From an uncultured Lachnospiraceae bacterium (lineage in GTDB: Bacteria > Bacillota > Clostridia > Lachnospirales > Lachnospiraceae): a stretch of DNA of 64,000 nt. The translations under genes and the position numbers were made by a program. Positions 43,879 to 52,772 of the stretch are shown piece by piece. Numbering within the stretch: the first letter of the stretch is position 1; every line of letters starts with the position of its first letter. Location of the stretch: positions 9,934-73,933 of the forward strand of contig CABSCP010000019.1 of the NCBI GenBank assembly GCA_902476265.1, given 5' to 3'. The notes under the pieces were generated by a model. That model saw only the letters and a list, made by a program, of their open reading frames with translations, was not told the DNA's origin and did no database searches.

Positions 43879-46037
43879 TACAGATGCAGCACCCTTTCCT
43901 TAATTTCCTGTGTGCGTCCCTGGTTCCAGAACTGGGTTCCGATGTAGCCGCAGGTACGGCGTGCCACATTCAGCTTGTTCTGATCCCGGCAGCCGCAGTT
44001 GGGGCACTCCCACACCAGTTTGCCGTCTTCGTCCTCCACGATTTTGATTTCGCCGGAATAACCGCATTCCTGGCAGAAATCACTCTTGGTATTCAGTTCC
44101 GCATACATGATGTTGTCATAAATGAAGCGCATCACCTGTAAAACCGCAGGGATGTTGCTCTGCATATCGGGCACTTCCACGTAGCTGATTGCGCCGCCGG
44201 TGGAAAGGGCCTGGAACTGGGATTCAAATTTCAGTTTGGAGAAAGCGTCGATGGGTTCGCTCACATGCACATGATAGCTGTTTGTGATGTAACTCTTATC
44301 CGTGATGCCTTCCACGATGCCGAAGCGTTTCTGCAGGCATTTGGCAAATTTGTAGGTGGTGCTTTCAATGGGGGATCCGTAAATGGAGAAGCCGATATTC
44401 GTCTCCTCCTTCCATTTGTTGCAGGCATCGTTCATATGCTGCATCACATGGAGGGCAAAAGGAGTGGCTTCCGGATCCGTATGGGTTTTGCCCGTCATAT
44501 ATTTGGTACATTCGTACAGGCCGGCATACCCCAGAGAAATGGTGGAATAGCCGCCGTAGAGCAGCGAATCGATGGTTTCTCCTTTTTTCAGTCTCGCCAG
44601 AGCGCCGTACTGCCAGAGGATGGGAGCCGCGTCGGACAGCGTGCCTTTTAACCGGTTGTGGCGGTACATCAGGGCACGGTAGCACAGTTCCAGACGGTCG
44701 TCAAAAATCTTCCAGAATTTGTCCATATCCCCGCCGGAGGAAAGCGCCACATCCACCAGATTGATGGTGACAACACCCTGGTTAAAACGGCCGTAAAATT
44801 TGTAATTGCCGTTTTCATCCTTCCAGGGGCTCAAAGCGCTGCGGCAGCCCATGACGGGGAAGCAGTTGCCTTCCTTTAATTCCTTCATTTTCTTTTCGGA
44901 AATATAGTCGGGCACCAGACGCTTTGCGGTACATTTTGCCGCCAGTTCGGTGAGATAAAAATATTCGGAACCTTCTTCCACATTGTCGTCTTCCAGCACG
45001 TAGATCAGTTTGGGGAAGGCGGGGGTGATCCAGACGCCGGCTTCGTTTTTCACGCCGCGGTAGCGCTGCTTTAAGGTTTCTTCGATGATCAGGGCCAGGT
45101 CTTTCTTCTCCTGGTCATTTTTCGCTTCATTCAGATACATGAAAACAGTGAGGAAAGGCGCCTGTCCGTTGGTGGTCATCAGGGTGATGATCTGGTACTG
45201 GATCGTCTGGCAGCCTTTGTTAATTTCCCGATGCAGCCGTTTTTCCACGATCTGATTGATCTGTTCCGGAGAAGCTTCGGTATTTAAAAGTTTGATCTCT
45301 TCCAGCACTTCGGCCCGGATTTTATCCCTGGAAACCTGAACAAAGGGAGCCAGGTGGGCGAGGCTGATGCTCTGGCCGCCATACTGGTTGCTGGCAACCT
45401 GGGCGATGATCTGGGTGGCGATGTTGCAGGCGGTGGAGAAGCTGTGGGGCTTTTCGATCAGGGTCTCGCTGATGACGGTGCCGTTCTGGAGCATATCTTC
45501 CAGATTCACCAGGTCGCAGTTGTGCATGTGCTGGGCAAAATAATCGGAATCATGGAAATGGATGATCCCGTTTTTGTCCGCCTCCACAATATCGGGAGGG
45601 AGCAGGAGACGCTGGGTTAAATCCCGGCTCACCTCACCGGCCATATAGTCGCGTTGTACGCTGTTGACAGTAGGATTTTTATTGGAGTTTTCCTGTTTCA
45701 CCTCTTCATTGTTGCATTCGATGAGGGAGAGGATGCGGTTATCCGTGGTGTTGGATTTACGAACCAGCGTCCGCTGATAACGGTATTGTACATAGCGTTT
45801 TGCCAGATCAAATGCGCCGGTGGACATGATCTGGTTTTCCACCATATCCTGGATTTCTTCCACCGAAACGGCGCGGTTCATTTTCTGGCATTTGTATTCC
45901 ACATAGTCTGCGATGTCGTGTATCTGTTCTGCGCTGAGCGGATTGGATTCCGCAGAGTTGTTGGCCTTGCTGATGGCGGCTACGATTTTGTCAATGTCAA
46001 AGGTGGCTTCGGAGCCGTTTCTTTTGATAATTTTCAT
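43878..46037 (-). CDS. nrdD: Anaerobic ribonucleoside-triphosphate reductase
   Basis: N-terminal ATP cone, a C-terminal Zn ribbon (CQECGYSG...CPNCG) and the glycyl-radical motif RTCGYIG. Confidence 0.93.
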   Translation of the reverse strand: MKIIKRNGSEATFDIDKIVAAISKANNSAESNPLSAEQIHDIADYVEYKCQKMNRAVSVEEIQDMVENQIMSTGAFDLAKRYVQYRYQRTLVRKSNTTDNRILSLIECNNEEVKQENSNKNPTVNSVQRDYMAGEVSRDLTQRLLLPPDIVEADKNGIIHFHDSDYFAQHMHNCDLVNLEDMLQNGTVISETLIEKPHSFSTACNIATQIIAQVASNQYGGQSISLAHLAPFVQVSRDKIRAEVLEEIKLLNTEASPEQINQIVEKRLHREINKGCQTIQYQIITLMTTNGQAPFLTVFMYLNEAKNDQEKKDLALIIEETLKQRYRGVKNEAGVWITPAFPKLIYVLEDDNVEEGSEYFYLTELAAKCTAKRLVPDYISEKKMKELKEGNCFPVMGCRSALSPWKDENGNYKFYGRFNQGVVTINLVDVALSSGGDMDKFWKIFDDRLELCYRALMYRHNRLKGTLSDAAPILWQYGALARLKKGETIDSLLYGGYSTISLGYAGLYECTKYMTGKTHTDPEATPFALHVMQHMNDACNKWKEETNIGFSIYGSPIESTTYKFAKCLQKRFGIVEGITDKSYITNSYHVHVSEPIDAFSKLKFESQFQALSTGGAISYVEVPDMQSNIPAVLQVMRFIYDNIMYAELNTKSDFCQECGYSGEIKIVEDEDGKLVWECPNCGCRDQNKLNVARRTCGYIGTQFWNQGRTQEIKERVLHL

Positions 46038-46207
46038 CCTGTTTTCTCCTTATTTGAAACATAGATGCAACTTCTGCCTCCCCGCAAAAGATGCATGAAA
46101 GTGATTGTGTGACATACGCCCCCGGTCACTCTGCGATCAGAGACGGCAGTCTTTATTATATATCCGGGCCTTTTTAAAAACAGTTGCATAGGCAACAAGT
46201 ATGGGAT

Positions 46208-46258
46208 ATAATACAAAATATAGTGGTTTGCACAAAAATGAAGCACATGATGGTGAGA
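46208..46258 (-). promoter_or_regulatory. Candidate nrdD promoter with NrdR-box-like sites
   Basis: Minus-strand promoter is TTGTGC (46235-46230), 16-nt spacer, TATTAT (46213-46208). CCACTATATTTTGTAT (reverse complement of 46211-46226) matches 13 of 16 positions of the NrdR box consensus as I recall it. A weak second site (9 of 16) lies at 46243-46258, 32 bp away. Confidence 0.4.
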
Positions 46259-46262
46259 GTAT

Positions 46263-46895
46263 ATGGAACAATTTAACGATTTATTCGGCTTGACCGAAGA
46301 ACAGACACAAGGGCTGATCAAAGCCGGCACAATTGCAATCCGGGAGTTTGGGAAGCGCCAGGTTTTGATGACGCTGGATGATGATATGGATGGGATTGGC
46401 GTGATGCTCACAGGGACCGCTTTTTTGGAAAGCATGAATTTTGACGGGCAGAGAAGGATTGTGGATTATTATGAGCCCCGGGACATTTTCATGAGGAAAT
46501 GTTTTCCGGTCATGGAAAATAATCTGTATTATGTGATTTCCCGGTCCAAATGCAGGGTAGCGTTTTTAAATGACAGGAAGCTGTCAGCCAGGCACGGCGC
46601 TCATGGGATGCGCGCGAAAATTCTGGATTATATTCTGACTGCAGCCCAGCGCAGAGCCCTGATGCACATGGACGTGCTGGGACAGCGGACGCTGCGGCAC
46701 AAGCTTATGGCCTATCTGGGGTATCTGAGCAGGCAAAAGGAAAGCCCCTCTTTTGAACTGCCCTTTTCCTTTACGGACTGCGCAGATTATCTGGCGGTGG
46801 ATAGAAGCGCCATGATGCGGGAAATCGGCAGGATGAAGGAAGAAGGGATTTTAGACACCCAGGGTGCGAGAATTACGCTGTTACGAAAAGGCTGA
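46263..46895 (+). CDS. Crp/Fnr-family transcriptional regulator
   Basis: cNMP-binding-like beta-roll N-terminus plus a C-terminal HTH (FTDCADYLAVDRSAMMREIGRMKEEGIL). It is divergent from nrdD. Confidence 0.75.
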   Translation: MEQFNDLFGLTEEQTQGLIKAGTIAIREFGKRQVLMTLDDDMDGIGVMLTGTAFLESMNFDGQRRIVDYYEPRDIFMRKCFPVMENNLYYVISRSKCRVAFLNDRKLSARHGAHGMRAKILDYILTAAQRRALMHMDVLGQRTLRHKLMAYLGYLSRQKESPSFELPFSFTDCADYLAVDRSAMMREIGRMKEEGILDTQGARITLLRKG

Positions 46896-46911
46896 CTGCA
46901 GGAGGAAAGGA

Positions 46912-47286
46912 ATGGAAGTACCGGAAATTTTTGAAAGTGAATACAGGTTCTGTGAAATTTTATGGGAGCAGGAACCGGTTTTGAGCAGCGAGTTGGTGCG
47001 GCTGTGCGCCCAAAAGCTGGGATGGAAAAAATCCACCACTTATACGGTGATCAAGCGGCTGTCTCAGAGGGGAGTCGTGAAATCGGAGAATGCTGTGGTG
47101 ACGGCCCTGGTGACCAGGGAGGAAGTGCAGGCGGCCAGGAGCCGGGAATTTGTGGAGAAAAATTTCAGCGGTTCTCTGCCCGGTTTTATTGCTGCCTTTA
47201 CGAAAAAAGGCAGGTTATCGGAGCGGGATGCGGCACAAATCCGCAAAATGCTGGATGACTGCCTGGAGCAGGAGAAACGGAAATGA
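46912..47286 (+). CDS. BlaI/MecI/CopY-family transcriptional repressor
   Basis: Winged-helix N-terminus (CEILWEQEPVLSSELVRLCAQKLGWKKSTTYTVIKRLSQRG). ATG 46912 follows AGGAGGAAAGG. Confidence 0.8.
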   Translation: MEVPEIFESEYRFCEILWEQEPVLSSELVRLCAQKLGWKKSTTYTVIKRLSQRGVVKSENAVVTALVTREEVQAARSREFVEKNFSGSLPGFIAAFTKKGRLSERDAAQIRKMLDDCLEQEKRK

Positions 47287-47771
47287 AGCGGTTCAGGCAG
47301 GCGGTGAACCGGATTTGGGCGGATGTACGGGTCTGGTGGAAATTTGGGGTTGTATTTCTCCTTTATGATCTTCTGGCGAACGTTTGGTTTGGCGCTTTCT
47401 GCCCTTCTGTGATCGTGGCAGGGCTGCCCTGTCCGGGATGCGGGATGACCAGGGCGGTTTTTTATTTTGCCACCGGCCGGTTTGAACGGGGCTGGCAGAT
47501 GAATCCGCTGGGAATTCTCTGGCTTTTGCTGGCCCTCTACTTCTGTGTGATGCGATATGGGTTCGGGAAAAAGCCGAAGGGGCTTTGGCAGATGGCAGGC
47601 ATCGTCATCGGACTGATGATTTTGGTCTATTTGTATCGGATGTACCGGTATTTTCCGGGAGAACCGCCCCTTTGCTATACGCCCGGCAATCTGCTGGAGC
47701 GTCTGATACCCGGATATGAGGATGGGGTGCGGAGAGTGCTGAAAAGATTGACCTTACTGTTTTGGGTCTAA
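47283..47771 (+). CDS. DUF2752-type membrane protein (CPGCGMTRA motif)
   Basis: GLPCPGCGMTRAVFY...NPLG signature and several TM helices. Its ATG overlaps the blaI-like stop (ATGA). Confidence 0.7.
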   Translation: MKRFRQAVNRIWADVRVWWKFGVVFLLYDLLANVWFGAFCPSVIVAGLPCPGCGMTRAVFYFATGRFERGWQMNPLGILWLLLALYFCVMRYGFGKKPKGLWQMAGIVIGLMILVYLYRMYRYFPGEPPLCYTPGNLLERLIPGYEDGVRRVLKRLTLLFWV

Positions 47772-47856
47772 TGTGTTAGAGTAGGTATAGGACTAATATA
47801 TTAGACCAAATTGGAGCAGATATTGTTGTTGTGTGGAGCCAGCCAGGGGGAAGGTT

Positions 47857-48759
47857 ATGAATGCAGTTTTTTTACAGGTGATCCGGATGAGCGTTTCCGC
47901 AGCCGGGATGATTTTGGCGGCGTTTTTACTGCGGGCGGTTTTTCAGAAGGCGCCCGCGTATATCAGAGGGGTTTTGTGGATGCTCGTCGCGTTCCGGCTG
48001 ATCTGTCCGGTCACAATCCCGTTGCCTTACAGTCCGCTGGCGGAGGGGGAACGCTTCGTGAGGACAGTTCTGCAGGCGGTACCGGGAAACGGAGCGTCAG
48101 CGGTTTTGGAGCCGCAGCCGGATCTGAGAGAAGCAGGGCAGCGCGCTGCCTGTGCGGTCTGGCTGGCCGGTCTGGCAGGGATGGCCGTATACGGAATCGC
48201 AAGCTATCTGCTGTTAATGCGTAAGATGCGCACAGCAGTGCCGGTAGAAGCAGAAGAAGGAATCTTTCTGACGGAGGTGGCGGAAGCGCCGTTTGTGATG
48301 GGAATGGTGCGGCCCCGGATTTATCTGCCATTTGGGCTGACAGAGGTAGCGCGGGATCATGTGCTCCTTCATGAAAGGCTTCATGTCAGACATCGGGATT
48401 ATCTCACAAAAGTGTTGTTTTACGGGATTCTGTGCATCCATTGGTTTAATCCGGCGGTGTGGGCGGCCTGGCAGTGTTTTGGCAGGGATTTGGAACTGAT
48501 ATGTGATGAAAGCGCCGCCCGGCAGCTGGACGGCAGGGGCAGGAGGGAATATGCCCAGACACTTTTTGAATGCAGCATGTCTCAACAGAAAGGGCCTTTG
48601 CTGCGGTCCGCCTTTGGAGGCGTAGATATAAGGAAGAGAGTGGAAAAAATGCTCTCTTATCAAAAGCCGGGAAAGGCGGAAAAAGTGCTGTCTTTGATTT
48701 GCTGCCTGGCGGCTGCTGTCTGTTTCCTGCCTTGGGAAACGGATGCAGGCCTGGCGTAA
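47857..48759 (+). CDS. M56-family (BlaR1/MecR1-like) membrane metallopeptidase, short form without a penicillin-binding sensor domain
   Basis: TM helices plus the HEXXH motif in LLHERLHVRHRDY. ATG 47857 follows GGGGGAAGG. The gene ends at TAA 48757-48759. Confidence 0.8.
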   Translation: MNAVFLQVIRMSVSAAGMILAAFLLRAVFQKAPAYIRGVLWMLVAFRLICPVTIPLPYSPLAEGERFVRTVLQAVPGNGASAVLEPQPDLREAGQRAACAVWLAGLAGMAVYGIASYLLLMRKMRTAVPVEAEEGIFLTEVAEAPFVMGMVRPRIYLPFGLTEVARDHVLLHERLHVRHRDYLTKVLFYGILCIHWFNPAVWAAWQCFGRDLELICDESAARQLDGRGRREYAQTLFECSMSQQKGPLLRSAFGGVDIRKRVEKMLSYQKPGKAEKVLSLICCLAAAVCFLPWETDAGLA

Positions 48760-49155
48760 GCGAGAACGCTGGAAAGCATATCCGGAAGGGGCACGGGAAA
48801 CGATTCGGTTATCGAATTGGAAGAAGCGGCCGAAAAAATCCTGGATTCGGTGGGAAGGCTGCACGATGGTGGAATTTCCATAGAACTGCCGGAGGGAAGA
48901 TATGCACAGGGGGAATGGAAGGCAGAGATCAGCTGGCTGCAACAAAAGGAAGACGGCGGAACTAGCGCATTTAAGGGGAACGCACCCTGCCGGGAAAGGG
49001 AATGGGACGGCGGATGGAGAACCGGCGTATCCGGCAGCTTTGCCCTGGGAGGGTACGACCGGGAGTATGCAGGAATCCGGATTGTGGTTTTCCATACAGG
49101 GAATGAGGAAACCGAAACGATAGAAAAAGATTTGGTGTGGGAGGGGACTCCGTGA
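48760..49155 (+). pseudogene. 132-codon open extension in the same frame as the M56 gene, separated from it only by the TAA at 48757-48759
   Basis: I read the frame codon by codon from 48760 and found no stop until 49153-49155. There is no ATG and no SD-preceded start near its beginning; the ORF track starts it at a TTG. This could be a disrupted C-terminal domain, readthrough, or a sequencing error. Confidence 0.45.
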
Positions 49156-49238
49156 TCAGATCCGGCGGAAGCGCGGATATAAAATACCGCTGCCGGTTAT
49201 GGAACCGTCAGCAGTATGTTGGTGCAAAATATCAAAAA

Positions 49239-50099
49239 TTACCGGCTCCATCTCCCGGAAGCGCCGCAGGGAAGAACCAGGCCGCTTTCCGTGACGGGAA
49301 GGCCGATTTCCTGGGCTTCCACATGGCCTCCGAATTTTTTTACCACAGCGGTGTTGATCATATAGCTTAAAACCGCGGGCTGCAGTCCGGTGGTATAGGA
49401 ATTTACCAGGAAGAAGGCGGCATCTTTGGAAAGGATCTGAGCGGTCAGTTCAATAAAGGGGAAGATGCTCTCTTCAATCTTCCAGATTTCCCCTTTGGGG
49501 CCGCGCCCATAGGAGGGCGGATCCATGATGATGCCGTCGTAGGTGTTGCCCCGGCGGATTTCCCGCTCCACAAATTTGACACAGTCGTCCACCAGCCAGC
49601 GGATGGGAGCATCCGACAGGCCGGATGCGGCGGCGTTTTCTTTTGCCCAGGACACCATGCCTTTGGATGCGTCCACATGGGTGACGGCAGCGCCCGCTTT
49701 TGCAGCGGACAGGGTGGCTCCTCCGGTGTAGGCGAACAGGTTTAATACCTTAAGCGGTCTGCCCGCCTGACGGATGATGTCGGAAAACCAGTCCCAGTTT
49801 GCCGCCTGTTCCGGGAAAAGGCCCGTGTGTTTGAAACTGAAGGGTTTTAAACGGAAAGTCAGGTCCCGGTAGCGGATACTCCATTCTTCGGGCAGATGAA
49901 AAAATTCCCACTCACCGCCGCCCTTGGCGCTGCGGTGATAATGGCCGTTTTTCTTTTTCCATCCGGGATTGGTTTTAGGCGTATTCCATATCACCTGGGG
50001 GTCCGGGCGGACCAGCAGGTAATCCCCCCAGCGTTCCAGCTTTTCCCCACAGGAGGTATCTATCACTTCATAATCTTTCCAGTTATCAGCAATCCACAT
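49239..50099 (-). CDS. Class I SAM-dependent methyltransferase (RlmI/RlmK-like catalytic domain)
   Basis: VLNLFAYTGGATLSAA SAM motif and IIMDPPSYGRG (the DPP motif). I moved the start to ATG 50099 (MWIADNWKDYEV). Confidence 0.8.
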   Translation of the reverse strand: MWIADNWKDYEVIDTSCGEKLERWGDYLLVRPDPQVIWNTPKTNPGWKKKNGHYHRSAKGGGEWEFFHLPEEWSIRYRDLTFRLKPFSFKHTGLFPEQAANWDWFSDIIRQAGRPLKVLNLFAYTGGATLSAAKAGAAVTHVDASKGMVSWAKENAAASGLSDAPIRWLVDDCVKFVEREIRRGNTYDGIIMDPPSYGRGPKGEIWKIEESIFPFIELTAQILSKDAAFFLVNSYTTGLQPAVLSYMINTAVVKKFGGHVEAQEIGLPVTESGLVLPCGASGRWSR

Positions 50100-50190
50100 T
50101 TTTCTTTCCTCGCTTGTCAAATGATCTGTTTTCACTATACAGGAACCGGGGAAAAATTGCAAATGCTGATTCCCGGAAATGGGGCAGAGA

Positions 50191-50219
50191 TTTACTTTGG
50201 TCAGATTTCCGTTTATAAT
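50191..50219 (+). promoter_or_regulatory. Promoter of the response-regulator gene
   Basis: TTTACT (50191-50196), 17-nt spacer, TATAAT (50214-50219). Confidence 0.55.
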
Positions 50220-50251
50220 GGGGGGAAGATACAAGAAAGAAGGGGTGTGCA

Positions 50252-50914
50252 ATGCAGACAATCGCGGTGATCGAAGATGATACCCATATCGGGAATATAC
50301 TGGAAGAAAATCTGACCCGGGAAGGGTACCGGGTTTTGCGGGCGTATTCCGGAACGGAGGCGGTATATTTGCTTTCTGCCCATACACCGGACCTGATCCT
50401 GCTGGATCTGATGCTGCCGGGTCTTTCGGGCGAAGAACTGCTTCCTTCCTTGAAGGGGATTCCGGTGATTGTGGTCAGCGCAAAAGTGGGAGTTGACGAT
50501 AAAGTGAAGATGCTTTTGGGCGGCGCGGCCGATTATGTGACAAAACCGTTTGAAATGAAGGAGCTGTTGGCGCGCATCACCGTACAGCTCAGAAAAGCGG
50601 CCGTCTGCGGAATGGCGCCGGTGCTGGTGGAAGGGGATTTGAAGCTGGATACGGTTTCTCATGAAGGGAGCGTGAAAGGAATCCCTGTGAAGCTGACCAA
50701 AACCGAGTACGCAATTTTAAAGCTTTTGATGCAAAATCCGAAGCAGGTGATCGCAAAGTCCGTGATGCTGGACAGGATCAGCGAGGATACGCCGGACTGT
50801 ACGGATCTTTCGTTAAAGCAGCATGTGAGCAATCTGCGCAAAAAACTCAGGGATGCAGGAGGGCAGGATTATATTGAGGCGGTATGGGGGATCGGATTTA
50901 AACTCATATCTTGA
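50252..50914 (+). CDS. OmpR/PhoB-family response regulator
   Basis: Receiver domain (DLILLDLMLPG) plus a winged-helix output domain (LTKTEYAILKLL...VWGIGFKL). Confidence 0.9.
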   Translation: MQTIAVIEDDTHIGNILEENLTREGYRVLRAYSGTEAVYLLSAHTPDLILLDLMLPGLSGEELLPSLKGIPVIVVSAKVGVDDKVKMLLGGAADYVTKPFEMKELLARITVQLRKAAVCGMAPVLVEGDLKLDTVSHEGSVKGIPVKLTKTEYAILKLLMQNPKQVIAKSVMLDRISEDTPDCTDLSLKQHVSNLRKKLRDAGGQDYIEAVWGIGFKLIS

Positions 50915-50917
50915 CCA

Positions 50918-50952
50918 TTTCTTTACGGTTTTCTTTACCGCTTTCTTGACGG
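50918..50952 (+). promoter_or_regulatory. Three direct repeats (TTTCTTTACGG / TTTCTTTACCG / TTTCTTGACGG) upstream of the ABC genes: candidate response-regulator binding site
   Basis: Repeats lie at 50918-50928, 50930-50940 and 50942-50952 (12-bp period). TATACT at 50961-50966 has no good -35, as expected for an activator-dependent promoter. Confidence 0.5.
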
Positions 50953-50998
50953 CGGTGTTTTATACTGGGAACATCAAAAACGAGGAGGCAGAAAGAAA

Positions 50999-51913
50999 AT
51001 GGAATATTGTCTGACAACCAACGGGCTTTGTAAGCAGTACAAAAATTTCAAAGCGTTAAACGGGCTTTCCATGCATGTTCCCAAAGGGGCTATTTATGGA
51101 TTTGTGGGCAGGAACGGCGCCGGAAAAACGACGCTGATCCGGCTGATCTGCGGGCTGCAGGAGCCTGACGGTGGGGAGTATTCTCTGTATGGGGTCAAAA
51201 ATACGGATCCCGAAATTGGAAAAGCCAGACGCCGTATGGGCGGCGTGGTGGAGACGCCGTCCGTGTATCTGGATATGACGGCCGAAGATAATTTAAAGGA
51301 GCAGTACCGGGTGCTGGGAATGCCCTCTTATGACGGGATCCGGGAACTTTTGGAACTGGTGGGACTTGCGGATACCGGAAGAAAAAAGGCCAGGGATTTT
51401 TCCCTGGGTATGCGCCAGCGGCTGGGCATTGCGGTGGCGCTGTGCGGTGATCCGGATTTTCTGGTGCTGGATGAACCGGTGAACGGCCTGGATCCCCAGG
51501 GGATCATAGAGATCCGGGAACTGATTTTAAAGCTGAACTGGGAACATCAGATCACGGTGTTGATTTCCAGCCATATCCTGGATGAATTATCCCGGCTTGC
51601 CACTCACTATGGATTTATTGATAAGGGCGCCATTCTCAAAGAGGTGAGCGCTGCAGAACTGGAAGCGGCCTGTCGGAAATGCATCCGGGTAGGCGTGACG
51701 GATATGAAGGCTCTGTGCCGGACGGCGGACCGGATGGGCCTTACCTACAGCATTCTTTCCGATTCCGAAGCGGATGTCTACGGGGAAGTCGGCATTACCC
51801 GGTTAACCAAAGAGCTGGACCGGGAAGGGTGCGAGATCCTTTCCCTTCACGAACGGGATGAAAGTCTGGAGAATTATTATATTAATCTGGTAGGAGGGGA
51901 AAGAAATGCGTAA
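50999..51913 (+). CDS. ABC transporter ATP-binding protein (ABC-2 / lantibiotic-immunity-like subgroup)
   Basis: Walker A GRNGAGKTT, signature FSLGMRQR, Walker B LVLDEP. Confidence 0.9.
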   Translation: MEYCLTTNGLCKQYKNFKALNGLSMHVPKGAIYGFVGRNGAGKTTLIRLICGLQEPDGGEYSLYGVKNTDPEIGKARRRMGGVVETPSVYLDMTAEDNLKEQYRVLGMPSYDGIRELLELVGLADTGRKKARDFSLGMRQRLGIAVALCGDPDFLVLDEPVNGLDPQGIIEIRELILKLNWEHQITVLISSHILDELSRLATHYGFIDKGAILKEVSAAELEAACRKCIRVGVTDMKALCRTADRMGLTYSILSDSEADVYGEVGITRLTKELDREGCEILSLHERDESLENYYINLVGGERNA

Positions 51914-52745
51914 TCTTTTATCGGCCGGTCTCCTGCGCATGTGGAAAAGCAGGTTGTTTCAGGTTTTGGAAGTGATATCGGCAGGTTATGGCCTGTATAT
52001 AGCCTTTGAGTTGTATTTTGACCACGGAGTAAACGGATATATTCATGTGCTGGATGACGGCCTTTTTAATTATGTGATTCTGGAAGGAATTTTGGCGGCG
52101 GTATTCTGCAGCCTGTTTATCGGGACGGAGTACAGTGACGGCACGATCCGCAATAAGATCATCGTGGGGCATGATAGGCGGAGCGTATATTTGTCCAACC
52201 TGATTTCCTGCTGCACAGCCATAACCGTTTTTGCAGTAACGTATCTGATCTGCTATTTGGTCCCCGGGGTGATTCTTCTGGGAAGCTTTCAGGAGGATGT
52301 GGGGCTGGCGATTTTGGTATTTTTAGGAAGTATTGTTCTGGGATGGGCCTATGCAGCGATCTATACGCTGTTTTCCATGCTGAATCAGAATAAGGCTGCG
52401 GTTGCGGTGGTGAGTATTCTGCTGGCGTTTATTTTCCTTTTTGCCGGTGTTACGATTCGGCTGAAGCTGGGGGAACCGGCCACCTTTGACGCAAACTATT
52501 ATGAAACGGAGGATGGGGAAATTGAAAAAACAGAGGGCAGAGAGAACCCTTCCTATTTGGAAGGGGCAGAGCGTACTTTTTATCAGTTTTTGAATGATTT
52601 TCTTCCGGGCGGACAGAGTGTGGAGCTGTCGGGAATGACGGAACAGATGCATTTTTCCTGGAAATACCCCATTTATTCCTTTGGGATTATTATATTGACC
52701 AGCGGATGCGGTCTGGTACTGTTCCGAAAAAAAGATTTGAAATAA
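51906..52745 (+). CDS. ABC-2-type transporter permease
   Basis: Six hydrophobic segments. The start overlaps the ATPase stop by 8 nt. Confidence 0.75.
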   Translation: MRNLLSAGLLRMWKSRLFQVLEVISAGYGLYIAFELYFDHGVNGYIHVLDDGLFNYVILEGILAAVFCSLFIGTEYSDGTIRNKIIVGHDRRSVYLSNLISCCTAITVFAVTYLICYLVPGVILLGSFQEDVGLAILVFLGSIVLGWAYAAIYTLFSMLNQNKAAVAVVSILLAFIFLFAGVTIRLKLGEPATFDANYYETEDGEIEKTEGRENPSYLEGAERTFYQFLNDFLPGGQSVELSGMTEQMHFSWKYPIYSFGIIILTSGCGLVLFRKKDLK

Positions 52746-52772
52746 TGAGGCAAAGCGGCCGGAGGCAGGCGG

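Noticed and set aside
47811-48224. 137-aa alternative-frame ORF overlapping the start of the M56 gene.
   Set aside because: It is out of frame with the HEXXH-bearing protein and is Gly/Arg/Ala-rich filler. The M56 frame explains the region.
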